Source: a virus
Lineage: Duplodnaviria; Caudoviricetes
Virus record (IMG/VR): IMGVR_UViG_3300044633_001982
DNA: 64,000 nucleotides
Strand: one strand, 5' to 3'
Shown here: positions 1 through 8,159 of the stretch, piece by piece
How positions within the stretch are numbered: the stretch's first letter is position 1
Layout of the letters: every line of letters starts with the position of its first letter
Notes under the pieces: generated by a model
What the model was told of the DNA's origin: nothing
Database searches by the model: none
The model's input: only the letters and a program-made list of their open reading frames with translations
Position numbers and translations under genes: made by a program

Positions 1-713
1 TCGTTCCGTTACACTTCGTTTCACTACACTAATGGGTACATTCGTTTATTCACTTCCTAATTTCCCCCATATATAAACCCCTAATGAAAGACACATAGTA
101 TGAGGGGACATTATAGTTCCATATGTGAGTAATCATTCTATATACTAAAAGGTATTATACCTACAGGTATAAATGAGTATGTATGTGATAGGTGATGTTA
201 TTCATTCCCCATATATAAATGGTGGATTACTATAGGGGACAATTATGGTAAACCTGTAGGTTTATGTATTATGTCCCACTTTTTACCACCACTATAATTG
301 TCCATATTATGTGTCTAATTGTGACAGGGGAAATCTTAAAAACCCCGTTGAAGGACACTATAATACACTATTTCCGTTGAAGATTATAACGACTAAAGTC
401 TGTCCACGCTATTTTCTTTATATGTCCTACTTTTATCTGGATTTTATATATATTAAAAAAAACCCTTCTAACGCTATCGTCAGGACCATTTTTTTTACTT
501 TTCATATGTACAAAAACCCCTCTCACGTATACGTCAGTGGGAAAAAGTGGTAATAATTTATTAACATAACACTACACAATATCACATATATTTATTATAG
601 TTATATGGTCAGAAACCCGTCAAGGGGATTGTCCCCCTTTTGTCGCTCGACTGACATTTTGACAAAATCAAGTTTTTTAACAAAAAGTTATTAACAATTT
701 TCCCCCTTACGCT

Positions 714-983
714 ATGAAGAAGAAAGATATCAACAAAAATGTGGATGAGATATTAAGGTCCCTAAGGGTCCTTGTGGATGATGTGGGAGACTTCAAGGTG
801 GTACAGTTGTATCACAATGGTGTTAAGGTGGGGAAGATGGAGTACATGATATCATCTACCCCATACCAAGGGGACATTAAACAGTTAACAAGTTATAAAC
901 TTGAGGAACCTTTCATGGAGTTGTTCGAGGGTGTCGAGAACCCCATTAAGATTCTTAACACATTTGGTTCAATGTACGTTTAA
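714..983 (+). CDS. hypothetical protein (5' part overlaps origin-like repeats; start uncertain)
   Basis: 89-aa ORF, plausible composition, converges on ORF 955-1356. Confidence 0.5.
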   Translation: MKKKDINKNVDEILRSLRVLVDDVGDFKVVQLYHNGVKVGKMEYMISSTPYQGDIKQLTSYKLEEPFMELFEGVENPIKILNTFGSMYV

Positions 984-1356
984 CATTTTTCCATACCACA
1001 CTTTTATATTTTAGTTCATTCCCCCTTGCTTCAATCTCGAATGGGGAATCGTGGTAACCATTTTTCTTTACGGATGAATCGTAGTTTCTTTTCAACCCTT
1101 TTTGAATGTGGTGAGTATATTCATGGATGACCGTTCTGATAAACATCTCCATGGTACCACAGTTTGAGGGGTTGATTGTAATGTTGTACTCATAATCATA
1201 TTGTCCATAACAACTACTTAATCTATTGTTAATTTTAAACTTGGGGACAGGTTTGTTTCCATGACCAAGAATTTCTCTTGTCACCTTAATGGTTTCAATC
1301 CCCACGGTTCTTAGTTGTCGGGTGGTATATATGTTAAGGTTATCTTTGAGTCTCAT
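955..1356 (-). CDS. SprT-like zincin metallopeptidase
   Basis: HEYTH (HExxH) plus downstream FEIEAR third-ligand motif. Confidence 0.75.
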   Translation of the reverse strand: MRLKDNLNIYTTRQLRTVGIETIKVTREILGHGNKPVPKFKINNRLSSCYGQYDYEYNITINPSNCGTMEMFIRTVIHEYTHHIQKGLKRNYDSSVKKNGYHDSPFEIEARGNELKYKSVVWKNVKRTLNQMC

Positions 1357-1359
1357 AGA

Positions 1360-1779
1360 TTAGTCGATGTATTTGAAAGTTATGTTACCCATGAAGTTTT
1401 CTCTGTATCTTGGACCTGAGATACAAGCCATCTCGAAGAACATGGGGATTTTGGTTTTTTGAATCATCTTGTTAAAGCAGAACTCAGCATGTGACTTTCT
1501 CTTTTTGAAGAATGATATTTGGGTTTCTCCCCATGCATACTTGGATGGGATTTTATTCTCACTGAAGTGGAACCCTGTCTTCTTTGTTGTAACTTCGATG
1601 TTCAACACACGAGAATATTCTTTGGTTGACCAATTGTATTTGTCAGTTTCCCCAACTGATACAATACGAACTTTCACATCACCGAAACCATTCCATGTAT
1701 CTTGGAAAGTTAATGAGTTGGTCTTCTGTAAGAACTTCTTAACTAACTTGGTTGAGTATTTATCAGCTGTGATTTTCAT
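1360..1779 (-). CDS. hypothetical protein
   Basis: 139 aa, co-oriented with 955-1356; TATATTTG promoter at 1806-1813 (-). Confidence 0.7.
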   Translation of the reverse strand: MKITADKYSTKLVKKFLQKTNSLTFQDTWNGFGDVKVRIVSVGETDKYNWSTKEYSRVLNIEVTTKKTGFHFSENKIPSKYAWGETQISFFKKRKSHAEFCFNKMIQKTKIPMFFEMACISGPRYRENFMGNITFKYID

Positions 1780-1805
1780 GGTGGGTGTGGTGTTTTATTG
1801 TTCTA

Positions 1806-1837
1806 CAAATATACGGCGATTATCTTTACCACACAAG
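1806..1837 (-). promoter_or_regulatory. Bacteroidota sigmaA-type promoter
   Basis: (C)TTG-N20-TATATTTG on minus strand. Confidence 0.6.
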
Positions 1838-2127
1838 AAAAATCTTATCTTTTTTTTCTTTAAAGCAGGGTGGAGTACACACTCCAAGCATTCTATTATG
1901 TGCCAGCCCTTTATCCCCTCATCGTTATAAGGTACGTAATACAAAGTTACGGTAAAAATAATTAATAAAAAAATAGGATACTAACTTTATTCGCCGTATC
2001 TTTGTGTTGGTGCTTTTTTATATAAAAAAAAATATATAAGGCACCAAGCTAAGTTACGGCAAAAATATCAAACCCCCAAATAAACTTATTAACAAAATGT
2101 TTCCCTCATTAATAAGGTAAACATTTA

Positions 2128-2159
2128 TTTGGTGGGGGAGAATATTATTCGTATCTTTG
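2128..2159 (+). promoter_or_regulatory. Bacteroidota sigmaA-type promoter (-33/-7)
   Basis: TTTG 2128-2131, 20-nt spacer, TATCTTTG 2152-2159; ATG at 2165. Confidence 0.75.
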
Positions 2160-2164
2160 TATGA

Positions 2165-2437
2165 ATGAAAAAGGTATACACATTTAATGATATAGAATTT
2201 AAACCCCACGCAGCAGTGAAGGGTGGAGTTCAAGGTAAACTTATTCTCCCCAACAACATTACTGTATCTGTGGTAGGTGGTCCACAACTATATGGTGATG
2301 GTGTAGATACCTTTGAAGTGGCAGCATGGTACACCGACTCAAGTGATTGGATTAAACTATCTGACTACGATGATGTGAAAAGTTATGTAGAGAAGGATGA
2401 GATTGACTTCATACTATTTGAACTATCTAAAAAGTAA
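2165..2437 (+). CDS. conserved phage hypothetical protein
   Basis: 90 aa, SVV...YGDG..TFEVA pattern typical of early phage proteins; own promoter. Confidence 0.75.
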   Translation: MKKVYTFNDIEFKPHAAVKGGVQGKLILPNNITVSVVGGPQLYGDGVDTFEVAAWYTDSSDWIKLSDYDDVKSYVEKDEIDFILFELSKK

Positions 2438-2451
2438 TTAACATATTGGGA

Positions 2452-2540
2452 GGGGGGAGTTGTTGATAAATATTCATAACTCCCCCCCATATACGGGGTA
2501 CTCCCCCTATACCCCTGACACCCCCCTCCCGTATCCCCCC
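2452..2540. repeat. inverted repeat plus C-run cluster (G4-forming potential on minus strand)
   Basis: GGGGGGAGTT 2452-2461 / AACTCCCCCC 2478-2487; C-runs at 2503-07, 2512-15, 2521-26, 2528-30, 2535-40. Confidence 0.75.
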
Positions 2541-2671
2541 TTATATAGGTCATTTTGTCAGTCAAAAGGGGGGTACAATACCGTCGATAAAATTTTGGGA
2601 AATTTTTTATGGAAAAGGGACCCCCTTCCTCATGAAGGGTGGTAAAAGTAAAAATAAATTTTTGAAAAATT

Positions 2672-2703
2672 TTTGGGAATTTGGGTTTTTTATTTTATCT
2701 TTG
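2672..2703 (+). promoter_or_regulatory. Bacteroidota sigmaA-type promoter
   Basis: TTTG-N20-TATCTTTG. Confidence 0.75.
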
Positions 2704-2716
2704 TAAAAAAATATAT

Positions 2717-3190
2717 ATGGAACCTGAAGAAGACATAATGAGTATTTTAGGAGATAATGGTTTGTTAACTACTGTAAGAGAATATGGTGGTTATACTGTA
2801 ACTAATGGAGGAGTGAGTGTTAACTCATATAGTGATGGATACGATACCCCCAACGGAAAGGGGGAAATGTTTTTTCCTGAATTATTGTTTAAGATTATTA
2901 AGAAGAACTTACCAGGTATCTCTTCAATTGAGATTGATAGTTACAGAAACAATTTTACATATAGCCATATAGATTTTGAACCTATTCCAAGGTATCTTGT
3001 TAAATTGATTATTAAGTTTCATTGGGATGCTAAGGACGTATACACCCCTGAGAAGTTAAATGAAAGTATTAACACATCTTTTTCTATGATGCATACCGAC
3101 ATTGATTTCATTAAGTTTGAAGTTAAACGAATCAGTATTGAGAAACGTGATTATGAGAGTGAGTTCTTCAGTATGTTTATGAAAAAATAA
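2717..3190 (+). CDS. hypothetical protein
   Basis: Start moved to ATG 2717 (MEPEED), downstream of the promoter. Confidence 0.7.
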   Translation: MEPEEDIMSILGDNGLLTTVREYGGYTVTNGGVSVNSYSDGYDTPNGKGEMFFPELLFKIIKKNLPGISSIEIDSYRNNFTYSHIDFEPIPRYLVKLIIKFHWDAKDVYTPEKLNESINTSFSMMHTDIDFIKFEVKRISIEKRDYESEFFSMFMKK

Positions 3191-3197
3191 TTTTTTT

Positions 3198-3231
3198 CCG
3201 TTGTTTCAATCCCCCCTACCCCCTTTTTTTG
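3198..3231. repeat. intergenic repeat unit CCGTTGTTTCAATCCCCCC(T)ACCCCCTTTTTT, copy 1
   Basis: Near-identical to 6825-6856; degenerate copies at about 5681-5705 and 7741-7767. Confidence 0.8.
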
Positions 3232-3245
3232 TATCTTTGTATATT

Positions 3246-3626
3246 ATGACTAATCAGATTATTGATATTTACATAAAAAACTTTTTAACATATTACCATA
3301 AGGGTTGGTATTGGGTTATTAATCCTATGAATTATGAATGGGTTGTCAGTGTGGGTAAGACGGGATATACATTTTATAACAATCAGTTTTGGTCCACATT
3401 TAAATCGATTTATCCTTTAGGCGATTCAACTGATAACATTAAGGGTTGGGTTGTTTATAAATTGGGGGTTCCTTTAAGTAAACATTGTTACCCTGATTAT
3501 ATAAATGGTGAATATGATTGGAGGGATGAATTTGATGAACCAACGGTTATTGAGGTGGTTAACGATGGTGAGTTGGTCTCTTCCCATAAACACGACCCCT
3601 TATCTACAGTTAAGGGTCATATGTAA
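3246..3626 (+). CDS. hypothetical protein
   Basis: Start moved to ATG 3246, after TATCTTTG 3232-3239. Confidence 0.7.
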   Translation: MTNQIIDIYIKNFLTYYHKGWYWVINPMNYEWVVSVGKTGYTFYNNQFWSTFKSIYPLGDSTDNIKGWVVYKLGVPLSKHCYPDYINGEYDWRDEFDEPTVIEVVNDGELVSSHKHDPLSTVKGHM

Positions 3627-3636
3627 AAAAAAAATT

Positions 3637-3668
3637 TTTGGAAAATTTTGGGAATTTTACTATCTTTG
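3637..3668 (+). promoter_or_regulatory. Bacteroidota sigmaA-type promoter
   Basis: TTTG-N20-TATCTTTG. Confidence 0.75.
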
Positions 3669-3674
3669 TATATT

Positions 3675-3935
3675 ATGGAAGATAAGGAAAGAATACAGGA
3701 ATTGGAAGGTACCATCTTTGACTTGAGGTCTGAGTTAAATGAGTGTATTGATAAGGAAAGAATATATAGGGAAATATTATCTGAGATTAATGATTCTATT
3801 ATTAATTTACTTCAAAGGGAACAGGAGAATGAGAGATTTAGGTTTGATGAGAAGATTGATTTTAGGCAATATGTTCTTAATGTGAAAAAGGACCTTAATG
3901 ACTATAGAAGATTATATAGAAATATTAATTTCTAA
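3675..3935 (+). CDS. hypothetical coiled-coil protein
   Basis: Start moved to ATG 3675 (MEDKER); heptad-like charged sequence. Confidence 0.7.
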   Translation: MEDKERIQELEGTIFDLRSELNECIDKERIYREILSEINDSIINLLQREQENERFRFDEKIDFRQYVLNVKKDLNDYRRLYRNINF

Positions 3936-3941
3936 TATATT

Positions 3942-3973
3942 TTTGTTTTATTAGGCTACTTTTTGTATCTTTG
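3942..3973 (+). promoter_or_regulatory. Bacteroidota sigmaA-type promoter
   Basis: TTTG-N20-TATCTTTG. Confidence 0.75.
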
Positions 3974-4001
3974 TTTCGTCATACAAAAAAAACTTAAACA
4001 T

Positions 4002-4205
4002 ATGAAAAAAATACTTTTCTACTTATTCATTTTTATTCTCTTCATTTTAACAGGAGTTTATTTCTCATCATGTAATACTCAAAAGGGTTACAATTATTCT
4101 ACCCACCGAAAGAAGTCTGAGCAGATGCATAGACAGACTCAGAGGGTTAACAAGCATAGTCACGACCAACTCAATCACAAGTGTTCACCGAAGAAACGTA
4201 GATAA
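4002..4205 (+). CDS. small lipoprotein
   Basis: MKK, hydrophobic core, FSS-C lipobox; basic mature part. Confidence 0.7.
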   Translation: MKKILFYLFIFILFILTGVYFSSCNTQKGYNYSTHRKKSEQMHRQTQRVNKHSHDQLNHKCSPKKRR

Positions 4206-4209
4206 AATC

Positions 4210-4914
4210 TTGATTCCGAAAAAAATATATCAAACCAATAAATTACCTCAACCTGATTTTGCGGTTGAGAATATTAAAAATTTAAACTCGGAATATGAAT
4301 ATCAATTTTTCAATGACGATGATTGTGTTCAATTTATACAAAATTTTTTTGGTAGTGATGTTTTAGATGTTTATTTTAATATGAGGACATTGCAACATAG
4401 AGCTGATTTATTCAGGTATTGTCTTCTTTATACATATGGTGGTGTTTATGTGGATATTGACATACAGATGTTATCCCCAATTGATGATATAATAGATTTG
4501 TCCGAAAACTCCAAATTAATTTCCGTCAAAGATGTTAGTAAAGGACATGGAATCTACCAAGGGTTTTTAGTTTCCGAACCAAAAAACGAAATATTTTTAC
4601 CGTTGATTGAAGATATGTTAAAAAATCCAAACCCACAAGATTATGCGTACCATATAGAATTTTTTGGTAAACAACTTTTAAAAAAATCTAAACTTAATGA
4701 ATTTATATTAAATGAAAAAGTGCAAATGGATGATGGGGACAATTATTTTTTATTTAAGGAGATTAAGAATGGGAAATCGGAATATGTAATTGTGGATAAA
4801 AACAATCAATTGATTTTTTGTGGAAATAATCACAGGTACCCATATGAAGGTTATACAAAATGTTGTTCATCTAATTTCTTTTCTAAGAAATTTTCAAAAA
4901 ATTATTTTAAATAA
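4210..4914 (+). CDS. glycosyltransferase family 32 (DxD sugar-binding, Och1-like)
   Basis: IPKKIYQT, RADLFRY..LY.YGGVYVDID motifs. Confidence 0.85.
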   Translation: MIPKKIYQTNKLPQPDFAVENIKNLNSEYEYQFFNDDDCVQFIQNFFGSDVLDVYFNMRTLQHRADLFRYCLLYTYGGVYVDIDIQMLSPIDDIIDLSENSKLISVKDVSKGHGIYQGFLVSEPKNEIFLPLIEDMLKNPNPQDYAYHIEFFGKQLLKKSKLNEFILNEKVQMDDGDNYFLFKEIKNGKSEYVIVDKNNQLIFCGNNHRYPYEGYTKCCSSNFFSKKFSKNYFK

Positions 4915-4954
4915 CATTTAACCCCCTTTTTATTTTTAACGTATTTATTGTGAT

Positions 4955-5263
4955 ATGAAATACATTATTACACCTGAACAGTTGGACAAAGTTATGAAAC
5001 GTTATTTTGATGGGGTGTTTAAAGATGCCAAGTGGAGTGAAAAATATATTAGTGGATACGGTGAAACGTGGTCCGGTTTATTTAATCAGGATGGTGAGAT
5101 GTTGGTTGGTTATCCAGAACATGATAATACCACTTATTTTACTGACGGAACATATTTTAGTAATATGTGGGAGTTCTTTAGTATTGACGCAAAAGAATTT
5201 ACTGATGCGATAGGTCGTTACATTAAAAAAACATATGGGTGTGAGTTTGATTATATTTGGTAA
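4955..5263 (+). CDS. hypothetical protein, degenerate leader (MKYIITPEQL)
   Basis: TATTTAT 4942-4948 upstream. Confidence 0.7.
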   Translation: MKYIITPEQLDKVMKRYFDGVFKDAKWSEKYISGYGETWSGLFNQDGEMLVGYPEHDNTTYFTDGTYFSNMWEFFSIDAKEFTDAIGRYIKKTYGCEFDYIW

Positions 5264-5281
5264 TCGGGTATTTATTTTTAT

Positions 5282-5674
5282 ATGAAATACAAAATCACAA
5301 AGGAACAATATTCTAAACTTGTCTATAAGTTAATTGATGCATTTTTTAAGGATGTTAAATTTTACAAAGATGATGGTGGGGGTTATTTGACTTATGATAT
5401 TACTGTTGATGGTGAGGACACTGCTTTTATTCACACAAAAAAAAGTCCTCATATATCTGAGGGATGTAAAAATGAACTTGTAATATATGATGAAACTATA
5501 TTAAAGATAACAAACTTTGTTCCGATTTTTAGGAAGAAGGTATTCTCAAAAATACTCATTAAATATTTTTCTGATATTACTGGTGAAGATATTGATTGTA
5601 TTAATTTTGATATGAAACTTCATGGAAGTGATGATACAATTATATATACAAAAAAATTCAAAAAGAAAAAATAA
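5282..5674 (+). CDS. hypothetical protein, degenerate leader (MKYKITKEQY)
   Basis: TATTTAT 5269-5275 upstream. Confidence 0.7.
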   Translation: MKYKITKEQYSKLVYKLIDAFFKDVKFYKDDGGGYLTYDITVDGEDTAFIHTKKSPHISEGCKNELVIYDETILKITNFVPIFRKKVFSKILIKYFSDITGEDIDCINFDMKLHGSDDTIIYTKKFKKKK

Positions 5675-5742
5675 TTTTTTTCGTTGTTCCAATTCCCCTT
5701 TTTTTATTTTTAAGATATATTTATATATAAATTAAACATATT

Positions 5743-5991
5743 ATGAAAAAGGTTTTAAGATTAACAGAATCAGATTTGATTAAACTTGTTAAGAGGATTG
5801 TTAAAGAAGACGTTTCTTCAACTCCTACTACAACACAAAAAACCATTTCTTTGGATTGTGCAAGAAAAACTGCTGACAATATTGCGTTAACTACCCAACA
5901 GGTTAATAAATGGTGTCCTAAAGTAATTGTTAAACCATCACCACAACCAACACAAAGTAACCCAACACAACAGTTAGGAACTGCTATTTAA
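5743..5991 (+). CDS. leader-tagged (class A, RLTESDL) small protein
   Basis: MKKVLRLTESDLIKLVKRIVKE followed by a T/P/Q-rich part with 2 Cys. Confidence 0.75.
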   Translation: MKKVLRLTESDLIKLVKRIVKEDVSSTPTTTQKTISLDCARKTADNIALTTQQVNKWCPKVIVKPSPQPTQSNPTQQLGTAI

Positions 5992-6007
5992 ACTAATTTT
6001 TTGTAGT

Positions 6008-6073
6008 ATGAAAAAATTCATTATAACAGAAGAAGAGAAAAATAGAATTCTAGTGAGGGGTTTTTATTTTTAA
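6008..6073 (+). pseudogene. orphan class B leader remnant MKKFIITEEEKNRILVRGFYF
   Basis: Leader matches 9844, 13492 and 19526 but runs into the duplicated promoter block and stops after 21 aa. Confidence 0.6.
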
Positions 6074-6102
6074 GATATATTAATATATAAATTAAACATA
6101 TT

Positions 6103-6456
6103 ATGAAAAAAATTGTAAGATTAACAGAATCCGATTTGATAAGACTTGTTAAAAAAGTTATCAAAGAACAAGAATTTGAAGATGATGAATTTGACATGGG
6201 TATGAATTCTGATTGTGATAGAATTATTGATGAAATGGAATACATTTTTCAAGATTTTATGAGATATTACAAAAACTCATCACCTGATACGAAATCTATC
6301 TTAGGAGCTTCGGAGATGTACCACGACTTAGAATCAGAACTTGGTGGTCTTCTTGATATGGCTGAAGAAAATGATTGTGAAAATCGTTACGATATTGAAT
6401 CAACGTATGAGGAACTTTTAGATATGTTTCGTCGACATACTGAACTTGATTTATAA
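6103..6456 (+). CDS. leader-tagged (class A) acidic helical protein
   Basis: MKKIVRLTESDLIRLVKKVIKE. Confidence 0.75.
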   Translation: MKKIVRLTESDLIRLVKKVIKEQEFEDDEFDMGMNSDCDRIIDEMEYIFQDFMRYYKNSSPDTKSILGASEMYHDLESELGGLLDMAEENDCENRYDIESTYEELLDMFRRHTELDL

Positions 6457-6478
6457 ATTTAAAATTACAAGAATATTT

Positions 6479-6512
6479 AAAACCCCATTCCTAATAAGAG
6501 TGGGGTTTTTTT
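6479..6512. terminator. intrinsic terminator
   Basis: AACCCCATTC/GAGTGGGGTT stem with A- and T-tracts. Confidence 0.7.
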
Positions 6513-6530
6513 ATTATCTTTGTATCTCAT

Positions 6531-6812
6531 ATGCAAAAACCCATTGAAAAAATCGTTAGTCATATTGTGGAAAAGAAATATCCATTGTTTGGGGATATTA
6601 ATGTGAGACCTGAGAAGAATCCGTTTCGTGATTACACATATGGGGAAAGTGGTGTAATTTATGACGTTACCCTTATTATTGATTTTAAAACATTCCTTAT
6701 GGAATATTGGGAGAGGTGGGATGAAATTAAAAATTTAGTTATTGATACAATTAAATTTCTTGGTATTGATAACACCATTAGAGTTAAGATTAAGTATTCC
6801 GATAAATTATAA
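6531..6812 (+). CDS. hypothetical protein
   Basis: TATCTTTG 6515-6522 upstream. Confidence 0.7.
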   Translation: MQKPIEKIVSHIVEKKYPLFGDINVRPEKNPFRDYTYGESGVIYDVTLIIDFKTFLMEYWERWDEIKNLVIDTIKFLGIDNTIRVKIKYSDKL

Positions 6813-6824
6813 AAATTTTTTTCT

Positions 6825-6856
6825 CCGTTGTTTCAATCCCCCCACCCCCTTTTTTG
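6825..6856. repeat. intergenic repeat unit, copy 2
   Basis: Near-identical to 3198-3231. Confidence 0.8.
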
Positions 6857-6887
6857 TTTTAAGATGTATTTATAATAAAATATTATT

Positions 6888-7739
6888 ATGAATAAAGTTG
6901 TTAGATTAACTGAATCAGATTTGGTTAAAATAGTTAAAAGAGTTATTAAAGAAGAAAACAATCCTAATACATTAGTTTCAACAGAAGGGGATAAAGTGAA
7001 AAATTATTACCTACAACATTTTTCAAAACCTGAAACCATTGATAAGTTTAAAAATAAAAATAATATTGATAAAATAAAAAAATATATCCCAACAATAAAG
7101 TATATTTTATACTCAGAAAACAGTGGCGTCGGCGGATTTGTTAACCAAAATAAACCTGGAATTATAAATTTGAACACTAATAATCTAATTCGTGACATTA
7201 AGGGATTTGTAACGTCTAAAGGGACTTACTTGTATGATACAATTCTGCATGAAATGGGTCACTTGATTGATTTCAAATTACAGGAATTGGGTGAAAATAC
7301 AATTGCAAAATCATCAGGGTATTATAAACCAACTGGAGGTAAAGATGATTATGTTTTCTCAGACGTAGAGACTTATGCGAGAGTTCAAAGATTAAGAGAG
7401 ACTTTGGGACTTAATCCAAACGCTAATGGAGAAGAAATTAAAAAGAAATTAATTGAGTTTATCAAACTTAAAAAATTAACTTTTCCAAATGTTAAGATAC
7501 AAGATGTTAAATCACCTACTACAGGGTTATTATTTACACCAACACAAACATCCAAAGGTGAGTTATCTGACCTTTGGAAATTTTATTCTCCAATTAGAAT
7601 TAATAATACAACTGTTCCTGATATTAGTGCGTTATTCGCTAAGTTCTCATCTTATCGAAATGGTGGCTTAGTATTTCTTAATCTTGACGTAATCGGTAGA
7701 GTGAATATTACAACTAAAGGATTACCCGATACAAAGTAA
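6888..7739 (+). CDS. leader-tagged (class A) zincin-like metallopeptidase
   Basis: MNKVVRLTESDL...VIKE leader; ILHEMGH (HExxH) and downstream ETYAR. Confidence 0.7.
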   Translation: MNKVVRLTESDLVKIVKRVIKEENNPNTLVSTEGDKVKNYYLQHFSKPETIDKFKNKNNIDKIKKYIPTIKYILYSENSGVGGFVNQNKPGIINLNTNNLIRDIKGFVTSKGTYLYDTILHEMGHLIDFKLQELGENTIAKSSGYYKPTGGKDDYVFSDVETYARVQRLRETLGLNPNANGEEIKKKLIEFIKLKKLTFPNVKIQDVKSPTTGLLFTPTQTSKGELSDLWKFYSPIRINNTTVPDISALFAKFSSYRNGGLVFLNLDVIGRVNITTKGLPDTK

Positions 7740-7799
7740 CTTTTGATTGTCCAACCCCCTTTTTTTGTTTTTCAATTATATTTATAAAAAAACATTATT

Positions 7800-8138
7800 A
7801 TGGGAAATATTCAAGATTATAAACAAAGATTTTTTAATTTGATGGAATCAACAATAGGGGACGTTAAGCCTCTAATAAATGAAGACGAATCTACAACTAA
7901 TAAATTCTGTTGGGAAAATCCTGAATGGAAAGAAATTGATGACGATGTTAAATTCAAAGGTACATGGAAACTTCAGGGTAACAAAGTGTTATTAACATAT
8001 GAACGTTCAATTATGTCTCTTAGTAATACTGAAGTAATAATTAAACCAAATGGATTTGATACGTGGAGAGGTAATGTAACTTCAGGTAAAATTGAAAAAT
8101 CATATTCGGGGGACTACACAATTTGTTTCTTTAAATAA
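7800..8138 (+). CDS. leader-tagged (class C) beta-rich protein
   Basis: KQRFFNLMESTIGDVKPLINE, similar to 9844 NKLLNSKLGDAKPLISE. Confidence 0.7.
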   Translation: MGNIQDYKQRFFNLMESTIGDVKPLINEDESTTNKFCWENPEWKEIDDDVKFKGTWKLQGNKVLLTYERSIMSLSNTEVIIKPNGFDTWRGNVTSGKIEKSYSGDYTICFFK

Positions 8139-8159
8139 AAACGTATTAAAAACTGAAAT

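Noticed and set aside
311-553. 80-aa ORF in the first non-coding region
   Set aside because: GTG start, odd composition, and it overlaps the repeat cluster; no promoter motif.
1469-1930. 153-aa ORF on +
   Set aside because: Antisense shadow of 1360-1779; the same applies to most nested or antisense ORFs in the track (e.g. 40644-41039, 53928-54164, 50919-51275, 57916-58248).
1815-1935. Hammerhead ribozyme or purine riboswitch
   Set aside because: Core motifs (CUGAUGA/GAAA; purine aptamer core) are absent; kept only as a generic ncRNA candidate.
2383-2645. ORFs 2383-2565 and 2460-2645
   Set aside because: By-products of the G/C-run island (Pro- and Gly-rich).
5701-6168. Repeat pair as a DGR template/variable region
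   Set aside because: Mismatches are not adenine-specific, they sit at the 5' ends of genes, and there is no reverse transcriptase in the window.
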